Source: Octopus sinensis (lineage: Eukaryota). From it: a DNA stretch of 64,000 nucleotides. The notes under the pieces are model-generated. The model saw only the letters and a list, made by a program, of their open reading frames with translations. It was not told where the DNA came from and did no database searches. Position 1 is the stretch's first letter. Each line of letters begins with the position of its first letter. Position numbers and translations under genes: made by a program. Location of the stretch: the NCBI RefSeq assembly GCF_006345805.1, contig NW_021832222.1, positions 78,334-142,333 on the forward strand, in the 5' to 3' direction. Shown in pieces: positions 1-13,200 of the stretch.

Positions 1-215
1 AGAATCCATGATCTCTTCCATTTTCTCAGCAGAGTAGTAAGACGATACACTGCATTGGTCCCATCTTCCACTCTCTTGATCCTACAAACACGTTTAGTTT
101 TGCGATTTTACCGCATCAATACTTTGCTTATAATTGTCGACGTCCTCAATTTTCAAAATTTGATTATCAGCCTTTGAATAAATAAATCAAATCTAACCTC
201 CGGATATTCTTCCAT
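1..215 (-). CDS. 5' part of an unidentified spliced gene (runs off the window)
   Basis: ATG at 215. Removing two small GT-AG introns gives an open frame MEEYPE|ADNQILKIEDVDNYKQSIDA|DQESGRWDQCSVSSYYSAEKMEEIMDS; no family recognised. Confidence 0.4.
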
Positions 216-632
216 TTTATAATTTTCTTGTTCATTTTTAGTGTTATTTTTAACTCTAATTAAAATTAAAAATTGAATAATTGAGAACTCGTTTTTGTAT
301 TTTCTATTTTTAATATTTTCTGTAACAAATATGGATGAATTGACACTTTTCTAAAAATAATTTTTCAAAATATTAGAAAAAAAACGTGGACAGAAGGATT
401 TGTAGTTTTACGAATCGATTTTGATGATTTTGGAACAACGCTGTTGCTTCGTGACATTGCTATACTATGGAAACAATAATTTTAGAAATCTGTTTAATTC
501 AAAAACTAACAATTAAATAAGATAATAAGTCACAAATTTATTCGAATGTTAAAATATTGAAATTTTATACCATTTAATGATAATTAAATCTAATGTTTTT
601 TTCAGATATTCCGTAATAATCATATTATAATA

Positions 633-1511
633 TGTCACATGCCCTGTTCGTTACCATGCCCGCTCGTTACCATTGCTCTAAATTTTTAAAATTTCAATTT
701 AAAATATTTAAATGATTGAAATATATTTACTTATTAATTTAAAAATTAATAATATTATGGATTTTTATTTTTTCAATGCTTAACCATTATCATTAAAAAA
801 CAATAAATTAAGCATGCTGTTTTATCTCATGGTTATGGTTAGGGTATAGGTTAGGGTTAGGGTATAGGTTAGGGTTTGGGTGAAGGTTAGGGTTTGGGTG
901 AAGGTTAGGGTTTGGGTGAAGGTTAGGGTTTGGGTGAAGGTTAGGGTTTGGGTGAAGGTTAGGGTTTGGGTGAAGGTTAGGGTTTGGGTGAAGGTTAGGG
1001 TTTGGGTGAAGGTTAGGGAATTGGTTGGGTTTAGGGTTTGAAAAAATTTTTCGTTTTAAACTTCAGATCTATATATGATTTTAAACTAAAAAACTGGATA
1101 AAGTTTGAGTTTTTTATAAGAGATCTACAGATGATTTTAAACCTTTATCTTTTTACATTTCAAAAAATGTTTTAAATAACACTAACAACTGGTTAGAGTT
1201 AATTATAAAACTATCAAATTATGTGCCTTTAAAGCGTTTCACACAATTCACATTTTTAAAATATGTTTTAATGTGCTTATCAGTCAAAATGGTTTGTTGT
1301 ATAAAAATATTATTTTAATTTATTTGTTTTAAAGCATCTTTTAGTATATCATTAAATTGTACTCTAATTAACCTAATATATAGGTTGAATTTTATGTCGT
1401 TGTGATTGATTATTAATTTTTCTAAAAAATTGAAAAATCATTAATCAATTATTTCTCAGAAATAATTCGGAGGTAACGAGTGGGGCATAGTAATCCCTGA
1501 GGCATGTGACA
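633..1511. mobile_element. Non-autonomous Ginger-like DNA transposon
   Basis: Imperfect ~40-bp TIRs (TGTCACATGCC...TCGTTACC / GGTAACGAG...GGCATGTGACA); perfect 5-bp TSD TAATA at 628-632 and 1512-1516; no ORF. Confidence 0.8.
831..1040 (+). repeat. Interstitial telomere-variant tandem repeat
   Basis: Eight perfect copies of GGTTAGGGTTTGGGTGAA (867-1010), i.e. TTAGGG-TTTGGG-TGAAGG hexamer trimers, flanked by degenerate TTAGGG/TATAGG units. Confidence 0.95.
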
Positions 1512-2391
1512 TAATAGAACTGACTACATGATGCCATTTCTGAGTAAATCGCAGACATAAAATTAATTGTAAGTCAATAATTATGATATCTGATTAGCGT
1601 CAGATTACTCTATGTTTTTAAGAGAAAAGTTTCTTTTAATACGATACATCTGCCATTTAAAGCAAAAATGCAGTGAATAAAACTGAACAATTATTTTCTC
1701 AACGCCTCCCACTATACCCAAAAAGTCGATCTTTAAGAATTTCATTTACTATCTCTAAACTATTTTCTGAAATATCTATTTGAAACTTTGCAGGATGTTC
1801 TTAATGATTTTAAAATAATTGTCTACTGTTGGTTTATTAACGAGGTGAGGAAATACCGGTCTTTCTTTTTTCGAAGAGACTACGCTGTTGGTAAAACCAA
1901 TTTATATTGAGAAATAGATCGAAACTTAAAAAAGTTGATAGATAACTCAAAAATACATCCTCTTTAGGTATGGTAAACCTTTTTATTTATATCGGCACAA
2001 AACTACAGCATAAGAATCTTACTATGCTTAATTGCGATAAATATTCTTTCGAAATTTTGTGACAAAAGTTTAAATTATGATAGTGATCTGGCTTTTACTT
2101 AAATCAAAAATCTAAAGACAATATTTTTTAGTAAAATACGTAACTAAAAACTCTTTATTTTTAAATTTGGTTGGATTTGGTTGAAATGTTTACAAATATT
2201 TTTATTGTACTAATAATTGAAAATTGATCAACTCAAAGGTTGGGTAATCATTAATGGAGTATTTTTTAAAGATAAAAATTGCTAAAAACCAAAAAAGTGA
2301 AGGTACATAAAAGCTTTAATGGATAATTTAGAAACAGAATAATAGTTCAAAATAATAAAAATGTCAAGAAAAACATTTATTAGATATTTAA

Positions 2392-4323
2392 CTACAAATA
2401 AATATTAAAATCAAAATCAAGTATTTCCATTTCATCAAAGACAAGAGGACATTGTTTAATTGAAATAAACTTAATTGCAGTACATCCTCGAAGCGGCCCC
2501 AAATCAGAAATATTTTTTATTTCTAAAAAAATAATGATAAATCAAATACGGTTTTTATCAAGATTCAATTCTTCGAGATAGACAGAATCCTCCAATCCAC
2601 AACAATTCATAATATTGTTAGAAGAAACATCAAGAATACGAAGATATCGCAATACATTGAAATGACAAAGAGAACAAAGGCCAACATTAGAAAGACACAG
2701 CTCGTAGATTCCAGCAAAGCACAAATATGCAGTTGAATCCGCAGGAAGTCCTCTGAAAACCACGTCAGTATTATCGATCCCACCATAATTTTTGACCACG
2801 CAAAACACTCTGCAATAAATTTATCCGCTAAATATATTTTTATTCCACAAAACCTGGATGAAGATATCGCTCATGGTTTCTATTACTTTCACGAAGTTTT
2901 GCAAATATTGTTTTGATTTCAGTGTTATTATCAACATTGGAAATTGCTTGCAAAATCCAGGCTAAATGAAACTGCGCATCTAACACCCTAAATTCAGTTT
3001 TTAATACTACTGCAATCCGGTTCAAATAACAGAAGCTGTCTTAAAGAGTCAAGTTGTCTAGAAATTGCGTGTTTGACTCGGATTGGACAGCGAATAACTT
3101 TCCTGTAGTAACAAAAAGGGGCAGTAAACCTATTCCAAGGATGCCAGTCCTCGACACGAACAGTCCAATTTAACGAAGAATCAACAAAAAGACATTTCCC
3201 ACGGAAAAATAATTTTATTTTAGACACTTCACTTTCCAAAATTTCCATCGACAGTTTCGCAATCTAAAAATTTCTAACTCTCAGATACCCATAAATCTCC
3301 ATATATAGAGTTACTAGGTAGTGCATATAACTCAGTGATATCCACAGAAACCTCAGTCCCGTCTTCATAGAAGAAAGAGGCACTAAGAGTCTCTTTCAGT
3401 TCAGAAATCTGAATATAAATCAAAAAGTGACCTCGACTAGTTTATCAAGAAAGAACACGATTTCTTGTCTGTTCTTATCAAAAGTGAATCCCATCAGTCT
3501 GGGGACATTCAAAATGCAATCTTCGCTCATCATCAGCCACCGATAGTAAATCCAGGCAGTCTCGTCATAAGGATCAGTGTAATATGCGTTTTCTATCAAT
3601 TGGAATTCTAAAATAAACTTTTAAATAAAACCAGTCTCCAATAACTCTTCATTTGGCTGTTTTATACGGGAAGTCAAAAGTATAGAACGGTAATGCCAAG
3701 ATGAATAATTCGAAAAGTTAGAATTTATCAAATCAAGAGTGAAATCTAATTCTTGATCCAAAGGCAATTTTAGCAAATCGACAATTCTTCTACGATAGTT
3801 CCAACAGTGGACTAAAATGGGATATAAATAGTCATACAGTTCTGACCATCAACGTCTAATAATTGCCTACACAAGCTGAGTTCTTCTTTTAAAGAGACAA
3901 ATTCAGGGTATGTCTGTATAAGCCATAATCTGTGATGCCAAACGCAGTAGCATTTTGGATGGCTCATTAGACATCTTTTTATTAAGGAAAGTTCATTTTT
4001 GACAAGCTGTGAGTCAGATCTAGGTCTTAAAAATCAGTCTTTACTCCATTTTTAAAAAAATTTTGCGACGAATACCCCACAATGTATATATGTCTTGAAA
4101 TATATTTAAAACACGTGAAGTAAGTTCGAGTAATTTGTCATTATTTTCATCCTCGTTAACCTGACAGTTAAAAGTATAAAACAAACAAGTGAAAATATAT
4201 TTTCCATCACATCCTGAAATTTTTTGACTTTTACTTTTTCATGTTCACGGCGACTGGGGTCGATGGAATCTGTGCGAGGTCTTCCGTGCTATAAAATTAA
4301 TTTACACATGTGAACTACACCAT
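2392..4323 (-). CDS. RABGGTA: Rab geranylgeranyltransferase alpha subunit (prenyltransferase repeats plus C-terminal LRR)
   Basis: ATG followed by a 32-nt intron, then HGRPR...; LLELTSRVL..YTLWGIRRK; repeat motif NFSNYSSWHYRS; LRR (LRILDVSSNNI, LEELNLDKN); TAG at 2392-2394. Confidence 0.9.
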
Positions 4324-4720
4324 TATTTGGTTATCCTATAAAATATTTTTTAATAATTAACAATGAAAAATAATTTAGTTAAATAAAAATATTCCACAAT
4401 TTTTCAACATTCTTAAAATCCATGAATAAACATTTCAGTCATGTCTCGTAAATTAAATTATTTTTATTAACCGTCTTAATATTGGGTTTACCAACATAAA
4501 CGGTTATTCACTCTCAATCTCATGTCATACAAACTGCCAATCACAATCGACCAAACGCGCAAGGGTCCTGCCTCAGTCCACTTTTCTACAATTTGGTAAT
4601 GAGCAGTTTCCCTTTGCCCCCCCTCCGACATCCGAACAACTTTGCTTTCATATGAAGTTCTCGTCCTAGACACCTCAAAAAACGCAGACTTCAGAAAGAA
4701 GGCTTGCCAAATACATTGAG

Positions 4721-5104
4721 GTGATAAAGGAGTGGTGTGCCAGTAAGCGGCTCTCGTTAGCAATGGACAAATCCACTTACCTGCGAATCAGCACAAAAAA
4801 GTCACCAGATCAGAGTCCCGGCCTCCTAGCTGAAATTATACACTACCTGGAGCTTACAATTGACGCTAATCCGGGTTACTGTCTGCATGCCAAGAAAAAA
4901 AGAGCAAAAGCCATCGCAGCTCTCCGCCTCTTAAGAAGCATGCATATGGACCCAAAGACTTTCCTTTTCGTGTTCCACGCAACCATCCTACCCAGCTTGC
5001 TGTACTCGATAAAAGCGTGGTTCTACTCGAAAGATTTTGGGAAAATTAACAGGAAATGCGAAAAAAATTCGGCCCTATGCACTAAAGCTAGCTTACAGAC
5101 TTGA
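4721..5104 (+). pseudogene. Degenerate non-LTR RT C-terminal fragment
   Basis: IKEWCASKRLSLAMDKSTYL..HYLELTID..LFVFHATILPSLLYSIKAW resembles the post-YADD region of LINE RTs; truncated. Confidence 0.55.
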
Positions 5105-5724
5105 CCTACGAGGCCCGGTCCGAAGCAAGTTCCCGGAGAAATTGAGAAATCTATCCGGGCTTTCCCGAGACGATCTCAAGTGACCGACCTATTTATCAAT
5201 CGGGACCGGTAACCGCCTAGCTTGTCTCCGGACAGCGAATAGACGTTTCCTCAGAAGAGTTCGACTGTAGCCGTCTCGTTGTATCAGACGTCAAAATTTC
5301 TGTCACTGTCTCTGTTTTTGCAATACAATGGATTACTTACTCAAAAATGCTTATGAAAGAAGATTAGATATCATCCGGTTTCTGTGGTCAATTTTAATAA
5401 TAGTGTGAATACAATCAATTTAGAAAAAACTTGAGTTGATCACCTTTCTGTCGAGATGAGGAGATGCCTACTTCAAATTATTTTTTATTATGTGTTCAAT
5501 AAATAAAAATAATCCATTTGATTGCTTTTGTTTTAAATTTCACAAAAATGGGAGAGCAGCTATAAACCGTATATGTTTTGCTTTGTAAAAATTGTAAATT
5601 TTAAACAGCCAAAGTCATCAGTTTGCGGTGTGGTTTTTGTGGTCACTTTTGAAAATAATGTGGATACAATCAATTTAGAAAAAAAACTTGGCTTAATTGC
5701 ACAATAAAAATAAAACTTGTCGGG

Positions 5725-6030
5725 TTGGATTGCAGAGATGGAAAAAGCCCATGTGGCATGACTACATTTCTATTCAATCACGGAAAATGTTTCATCATGG
5801 GACGCGATATGCTCTACACATTCTCAGCACATAATCTAATCTCGACAGTTTTGAGCCCGGCTCGGGGGCAATACACGCGGAACTTGCACAAAAATACCCG
5901 TCCCTGACCAAAAACCACACATTTGCACTAATAGCCGTTAAGACATTTGGGGTCATCGGTCCGGAATCGTTTTCTCTTCTTCGTCGGCTGGCAACGAAGA
6001 TTGCAAGAGAAAATTAAAATTCCAACGAGA
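5725..6030 (+). mobile_element. CRE-clade retrotransposon remnant (restriction-like endonuclease region)
   Basis: CRDGKSPCGMTTFLFNHGKCFI and KYPSLTKNHTFALIAVKTFGVIGPESFSLLRRLA parallel the RLE end of the element at 26307-29448; frameshifted. Confidence 0.6.
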
Positions 6031-6451
6031 CTCGTCATTTTTTCAACGAGTTTCAGCCCATCTTATGCGCCGGCAGCCTAAAATAATTGTTCTGTCTTTC
6101 CTTTCAAAATTTAGTTCACTTTTAATAGTTTTCCAAGTCATTAATTTTAATGAGATGATTTCAATAAGAAAAAAGATTTCCGAAAATTGGACAAAATGCT
6201 TATGTTTAAGTGCTGCGGAAATCAATTTATCTTCAAATCCTGACGTGTCCAATGGCAATAAATTTGATTTTTAAACAATAAATCATAAATATTGATATGA
6301 TTAAGTGGGTCAAAATATTTAAAAATCGTATATTATGACAATTATGTATAGAACGGTCAGATTATTAACATTTATTTTTTCATTAAAATTAATAAAAATT
6401 GAAGAATAAACGATTTATTAACACAAAAAATAAAATTGGCCGTAAAGAAAA

Positions 6452-9400
6452 TTAGGAATCCCTTGAAAAGGGACTTTTTTGATATACTTCTGCAAAATCT
6501 TCGGCGTTTTTTTTCAATGTAGTAAAATAATTATTATATTGTTGAAGCAATTTCCTTGCCTTCAATAAATTATCATTCAGTTCTTCATTTTCGAGTGTGA
6601 TTCTTTTACTTTGTTTAGTTAATTCCTTTAAGAACTAAATCCGATTAAAGAAAACCTTATTTTCTTTTAGGAGAACTTCAATTCGTTCAGTCAACGACTC
6701 AATTTCTGATGTGTGTTTCTATCTATTTTCTCAAAATAAAAAAGTACCGTTTTAATCGAGTGCAATTCCATTTTGTATTTTGAAAGTTCCTCTTCCGTCT
6801 CTTTTTTTTGTAAAGCATACTCACCAATCTGCTTATATTATAAAAGTGACCACCTGAGTTTGATACTGTTCGAATTCCCTGGCTAATTTTTGAGATTCTC
6901 TGGTAAAATTTAAGATTGTAGAATTTTCAGAAGTGTTTGGTTTGGTTAATGTTGAATAAGGACTAATATTATGCTAATGAACTGACCTAAATGAATCTTT
7001 TGAAACATCTGTTCTTGACGCTGCCACCATAGGCTCTTTTAAAAGTGTTTTGTAAAACTAAAAAAGTTAGATTATTTTATTTACTCGGTCAGCAGAATGA
7101 TCAGATGAAAAACCAAGACCGAACTTAGTTCCGTGAATTAGGTCTGGCCACTGAAAAAATTTTGCAGAGGTTCTGTTGAGTTTGGAATACCCGGGAATCA
7201 CACTGCTCAACAACTTGAAGATTAAATAATAGTTTTCACACGCTTGTTGAATCTGAGAAGATTAGTCGTATTCCATTAGAATCAGAACATATTTCAATAT
7301 TCACAGCTTTTTTATCAAAAAGTGGAACCCATTTGTTATGAGTTTCCTCATCAATTTGGAATAAATGCCCACAAATATCACTCATTTACTTAGCCGTTTA
7401 AATTGCGGTGATATATTCGATTTATTAAAGCTATCAATTGACGCCGCCAAATAACCGCATAGTCGCAATAAAGAAAGAATTCAAATTTATTGATCGACAT
7501 CATTAATTAATAGTCGTTGTCTTAAATGGGCTATTTCGATTAATCCAGCATTTTCAGCGTTGAATCGATCTCGATGGAGTGAGACTAAAAGTTGGAGATA
7601 TTAAAGATTACAGCTGTTCAATAATTTTTCAATTGAAATTTCCTCGTTGTTCCACTTTGTTTCAGTGCTTAGGATAACCTGAGGAGGTTCTTCGGATTCC
7701 CGACTAAATGATTATAGGGACTTTAAATACATTTGTTCTTCCTTTTCTATTCGATTTTTTTCCTTTTTCTTTAAAATTATTTATCAAAAGAACAGTACAT
7801 TATAATCGATGACTGCCTGTGGATTTCTGACAAAAGTCGGATATTTTCCAATTGGGAGAGGACTAAATGAGGCAAATGCTGTGCGTGGGTGAATGTCTGA
7901 TGGGGTAATATCGTTTATTTTGTAAGCTTCTGATAATACACGTTCAACATTAAGGGGGTTGAGTTTTCGGAAATAGTTCTATACATATAACAAATCATCC
8001 TCTACCAAGAAATCTTCTTGAGAGTATATATTTAGAAGGGCTCGACGACTGCATGTGCAATATGAAACCACGCAAAATAGTAAGAAATATGGATCATGGC
8101 TGACCAAGTGATCAAAGAATTGAAGCCACTGGTCGCTAGGAAAAACTTCGGTAAAAAATGACTTGAGCAAAGACCATGCATATATCTATTTTTGGTATAT
8201 ATTTGTTAACTTCCGTTGTAACGTTATTCCAAACTAAATGCTGGATGAGTTCTTTGTCGTAGAACATAAGAATGTTTTCAATCATTACTAGCACGTTTAG
8301 TGGTGGTCCGGGCATGAAATCAAACCAACATGAACACCAATTAACTAAATTGACTTGTGATAATTACCGAGAACTGTAGCGACCGCTTCAAAGCAGGTCA
8401 TATGGTTGTTTTGGAAAACAGTTACAAATGGAAAAGCAATCTGAGCAGTAAACCCCGATTCAGCGGCAATGGGAGACCAATATGACAAAGCAGACATAAC
8501 TCTAGAAATAGAGAGGAGTAATATTTACTTTTTAAACACACGTAAAAGCTTTCTGTTCTTTATAGGAAAGTCTTTCTCTACGTTTCTATAAGTTGGGTGA
8601 ACTCCTTTTTCAGTCAGTTGTGAATAGTTTGAATAGTTTTCTGGAAGAGAAAGAAGTTTCCTCCATATAAAGAGTCTGTATTTGTTTGGGAATACATTAT
8701 AGGCTTTGAGTAGGAGTCTTAATTCAGAGCGGCTAACTTTCTCACCCGAGTTGTGGACAATTTTGGGCTTTTTTACGCGTTTTAATGCAATTCCTTGTGT
8801 GGGAACGAAACTTAACAACTTTAAATATTAATAATTAAAGAAATACTTTTTTTATTTTTGAAATTGTGTTTTTCCAACTGAAAATCAGTGCCGAACCGTT
8901 TTCAGAAATAACGCTGCATAACTGACTGTTGCCAGTTAAAGAGTTTGACTCTAGATTGACTCCAAAAAAGTTTTTTGTTTCAGTTATTTCAAAATTTTCT
9001 GCATTTAATATACTTAGTTCATCTCCTGCTTTCCAGATAAGCAAAATCTAATCGAAATAGCTTATCATTTAGTTACTTGAGAAGTGATTCCATTTAGTTT
9101 AAATTCTAAAAAGTGAATATCGATAATTGCGTTTGAAGTATTTGAATAAGTATACATCAATTCATATGATTTTAGAGAAAATAAATAAACTATTGCCGAT
9201 CTGCCAGATATAGCCAACATCTGTGAATTTCTGAAGATAGGTTTATTTATGATTTTACTTTGATATTGTGAAATGTTTGTAACCTGTTTCTAATATATTT
9301 TCTGTGGGTAAACTAAACAGTTTCCTGCCATCTCTGGCTCCCAAACCATAAATAGAATTGTCACGATAAACAACGAGAAGAACATAACTATCGGCAGTGA

Positions 9401-9998
9401 AAAGAATCTGAAATGATATAATAATTCGAATACTTCGGCTAAACCAATATCATTCTCGATCGAAAGTTTTCTTGAATTAGATAAATTGGTCAAATCCAAA
9501 ATGCAAGCTGAATCGATGGAGGTGGTGACAGCAAACAATCCAGAAACGTGGATTTGAATAGAAATAACAGCTGTTTTGTGGCTTTTAAAAGAAGCAATTT
9601 CTTGTTCAGTTAGAGTGTTTATTATTTTTAGACTTTTATCTACACAACCAACTATAATTAGATTTTTTTCAATGTTCAGTGCGCTGCATTTGCTTGTAAG
9701 TTTGGTTATATGTCGGTAACTAGATTGTGAATATTTAAATATGTCGAACCTGTTGCCAGAAATATCAAATATGTATAAATTTTCCCCAGAATCAACTCCT
9801 ACGAGCGTATTAGAAAGCCGGTCAAACGCAATTTTGCGAAATAAATAATGTTTTCTGGTTTTATTTCCATTTGAAATAATTTCTACCAAACAGCTAATCA
9901 CTGCTAGGATGTTATATACTTGTATTTTGTTGAGGGATGAGGTTTACTGTCCCATATCTTTCCTTTTTATTTTTTCCTACGTTACACAGTCGAATCAT
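6452..9998 (-). CDS. TBC1D31: TBC1 domain family member 31 (WD40 + TBC + coiled coil)
   Basis: GKIWDSKPHP, IAFD..NLYIFDISGNRF, WD repeats, LKAYNVFPNKYRLFIWRKLLSLPEN and WLQFFDHLVSHDPYFLL match the family as I recall it; TAA at 6452-6454. Exon 1 has an apparent 1-nt frameshift. Confidence 0.85.
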
Positions 9999-10293
9999 AA
10001 TAAATGTCGCTAAGCAATTTACTTTTAATTATAAATAAGAATTTTTATGTTTTAAAAAACAGCAAAGGCAATTTCTATAATGAAATTGAATTCAAATATA
10101 TGAAAAATCCTAGAAATATAACAAATGGATTTCGAGAATATTGAATTATATAAAATTTAGTATTTCGGTAGTATTAGAGATCCAGGGAGTTATGTGACGA
10201 ACTCAACCAAGTAAAAAATCATTCTCTTTAAAATAAGAATAAAAAAATCTTCATTTATTTAAAAATATTATACAAAATAAATTGTAGTTAGCT

Positions 10294-13200
10294 GTGGTGT
10301 CCTTCTGTTTGACAATGCATGACCTATATTTTTCAAATCAGATCCAGGAAATAATAAAAGACATCAAAATTAAAGAAATATTAAATCAATACCACGAAAT
10401 ACTTAATGATGAATCCAAATCAAAAATCATCGAACCTCTTTTTGAATCAATAATCAAACAGCACGGTCAACTACCATTCCGTGAAAAACACGGATTTTGT
10501 AGCCAAATTTTCAACAACGGAGAACTTTTTTTTATTTGCAAGTAACTATAATATTGACTTATCTCAGTGACTGTGCGAATGACCCCACATGTGTGTGGTG
10601 CTACGAATGTTTTGTTAAGAGTGAACATATAAATCATCGTTATCAAGTTTTATTTATATTTTTATCAAGTTTTGTGTGAGTGGAGGATCAGGTTCGTGTG
10701 ATTGCGGTGACGTGGAAGCATGGAAACAATTCCCAACTTGTTCTTTACATTCTTCCTCCCAGTGTGATTTCCCAGTTATTGAACTTTAAATATTAATAGG
10801 AGTCTTCTCCCATCATTTCAACTCTCGGTCAAGTTTTTTTGGATATTTTGAGGACTACTGCCATCAGTATCTTCAATGTTCCACTCTTTTTTGAGTCACT
10901 TTCTCCTTTTTTGAGAGAAATTCTTCTCCCTGAAGACTACGTCCTTTGTTTACTGAATGATGAACTTCACAATTTTTCTGAAGTGCTTTACGGTTGAGTT
11001 GATTTGTATAGGCATGTGAATCCATAATGACTGGAATTCACTGCAATTCACGCCAAGCGGATCACATTGCTTTGAATGTAGACAAGCGAGTTATCTACGA
11101 CTATGACTTGTAGGGACGAGATGTACTTTTTCAAGGAATAGAGTCAACATGTTTAAAGATTGGGCAGACTATCACAGTATTGGCCTGGTTTGATTGTTTT
11201 AGACACATTCACGGAATTTAAACGGGTCTATGCGGACTGAGGTCATCCATGGAGTCGTTTTTATGTTCCAGGAAATAGCTCTTGCAACACTAATTCATTT
11301 TCTGGAATATTTGGAGAAATATGGTGATTTGTGGATGATTAAACCACGTAGGCTATTTGGAGCAATTTTGTCAGAGTTTGGTCCTCAGAAATGACACAAT
11401 CGAATATTTTATTCGTCCACTGTTAGAACAGAACACCCGACTGTGGACAGACGCCAGAACTACATTTCATAAAATATTATTTCTGGCTATCAGACTCAAC
11501 ACTCCCAACAAATTGGAGTTTGCTCGCCTATACACTCAGGTTACGTAATAATTATGAGAGTTCTAGTTATATCCAAAGATTTTCAAATGGTACATACTTG
11601 AAGAAGGGGAGGAGGAGAATTCGATTATCCACGAGACTGTCCAGTTCTATACAGTCCCCTCCGTTGTCAAAACTCTCATTGTGGAGACTGATTTGTTGCA
11701 AATTCTATTCCGAACTGCAATCGAGAATGTCCGTTCTTTGACATTCAGTATATATTACATATTTTACCACTATAGATAATTATATAAGGAATCCTCCCCG
11801 TTTTTATATAGTTCCCGACATTGAGTTGGACGTCGAGTCCTATAACGAATTTCCACTCAAAACGAACAGAATTTTATATTCAATCAAGCCAATCAAGTTG
11901 TTGTGCATAAAATTAGTCCGAGTTATGTTCTTGGAGTATTGAATGACAAAAATAACTTTGGAGATGTCTTTAAGAGAAAAATATTGAATGCCTTCGAAGA
12001 ATTTCTCGACTTGGCCACAATTTTTCAGGTTTGTTTGATTGGGAGACATTTCAGCACATCAACGCGGTGAAGAAAAGCACGAGGGAACATGTCATTCGAG
12101 AACACTCGTGGAGAGAGGCCTTCATTATGAATTTCAATCTTTACGGGATGTTTGATCGCTTTTTAACCATTCTGCAAAATAATGTGTGTATTGATTCTGA
12201 TTCCAAGACTGAAACTCTGATTGATGCTTTCTCCATACTTAAAACACGACTGGGGACGTATTTGACCAATCAGCCGTTCTTCCGTCGGAGTATGGTGACT
12301 GAATATTGTAAAATGAACTTTTGTTATAATAGTTGCTGGAAATCACGTGCATGTCTTGGATTATACAAACAGTAATGATGATTTGTCGTTCCATACTTCT
12401 CTTACTAATATGCTTCCCGTCTTTGTGCTTAGCCTTCAGGCGATTGACCGAACCGTCCACATTTTTGGGGAATGTGAAGTTTGTTATTTCCGGGAGTTGT
12501 AGAATGCACGAATGTTGACTCCAATGTTGGCGATGGAGCCATCACTTCAGTCAATTCTTCTGTATTTGGAAACCATGGCTGGCCTGTGGAAAATGAACGG
12601 ACTGTCAATGACTTATCAAGTTAGTTGGACTACATAAACATAGGCCCAACACTACTACGCACATCCTCTGTCTCGGAATATGGGCAATTTGGACATTTTG
12701 ATGTTACAACTCTGTGCTTCGTCAATTCCGTCCGACGATTTCCTCAGAATCTTGCTTGTCAAGTTCAAAGTGGCACGTTTTTTGAGGTTTTTGTAAAATT
12801 AATGGCAGTCCTAATCAAACTGACTTTCATGAGACATCTTCTTCGGGGGACCAACAGAGGGTGGAGTACGCCTCCAATTTTATGCAGATTATAATCAGAG
12901 TGATATGTATATTTATGTCTAATTGTCGAGTGGAGAGATATGTCATTGGATTGGCAGAAGTGACCGAAAATGACGTAATGAAATATGAACTGATCAATGC
13001 CCTTGCCGCCAATATATCCAAATACAGTCAGATCTTTGACCGCTTTCAGGTTTAGTTGTTCCGTTTTTATGTCACAGACTGCAAAGAACATGAAAGAACA
13101 TGATTTGGAAGATGTTCTTCACCAAGTGGCCAATGTGTGGTAATTTCTCATTTTTGACTGTTTTCAGTACGAAGGAGAAGCAGCAGCAGTACTACGAACT

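Noticed and set aside
867-1010. 18-bp repeat as a CRISPR array or a true chromosome end
   Set aside because: No spacers, eukaryotic context, and it lies inside a TIR/TSD-bounded element with unique sequence on both sides.
631-1513. Element 633-1511 as a Tc1/mariner MITE with a TA TSD
   Set aside because: The duplication extends to 5 bp (TAATA), and the TGT...ACA ends match the three integrase-bearing elements in the window.
5404-5690. ~30-bp direct repeats (ATACAATCAATTTAGAAAAAA) as LTR or TSD
   Set aside because: AT-rich, short and imperfect, with no internal coding or terminal signals; most likely a local duplication.
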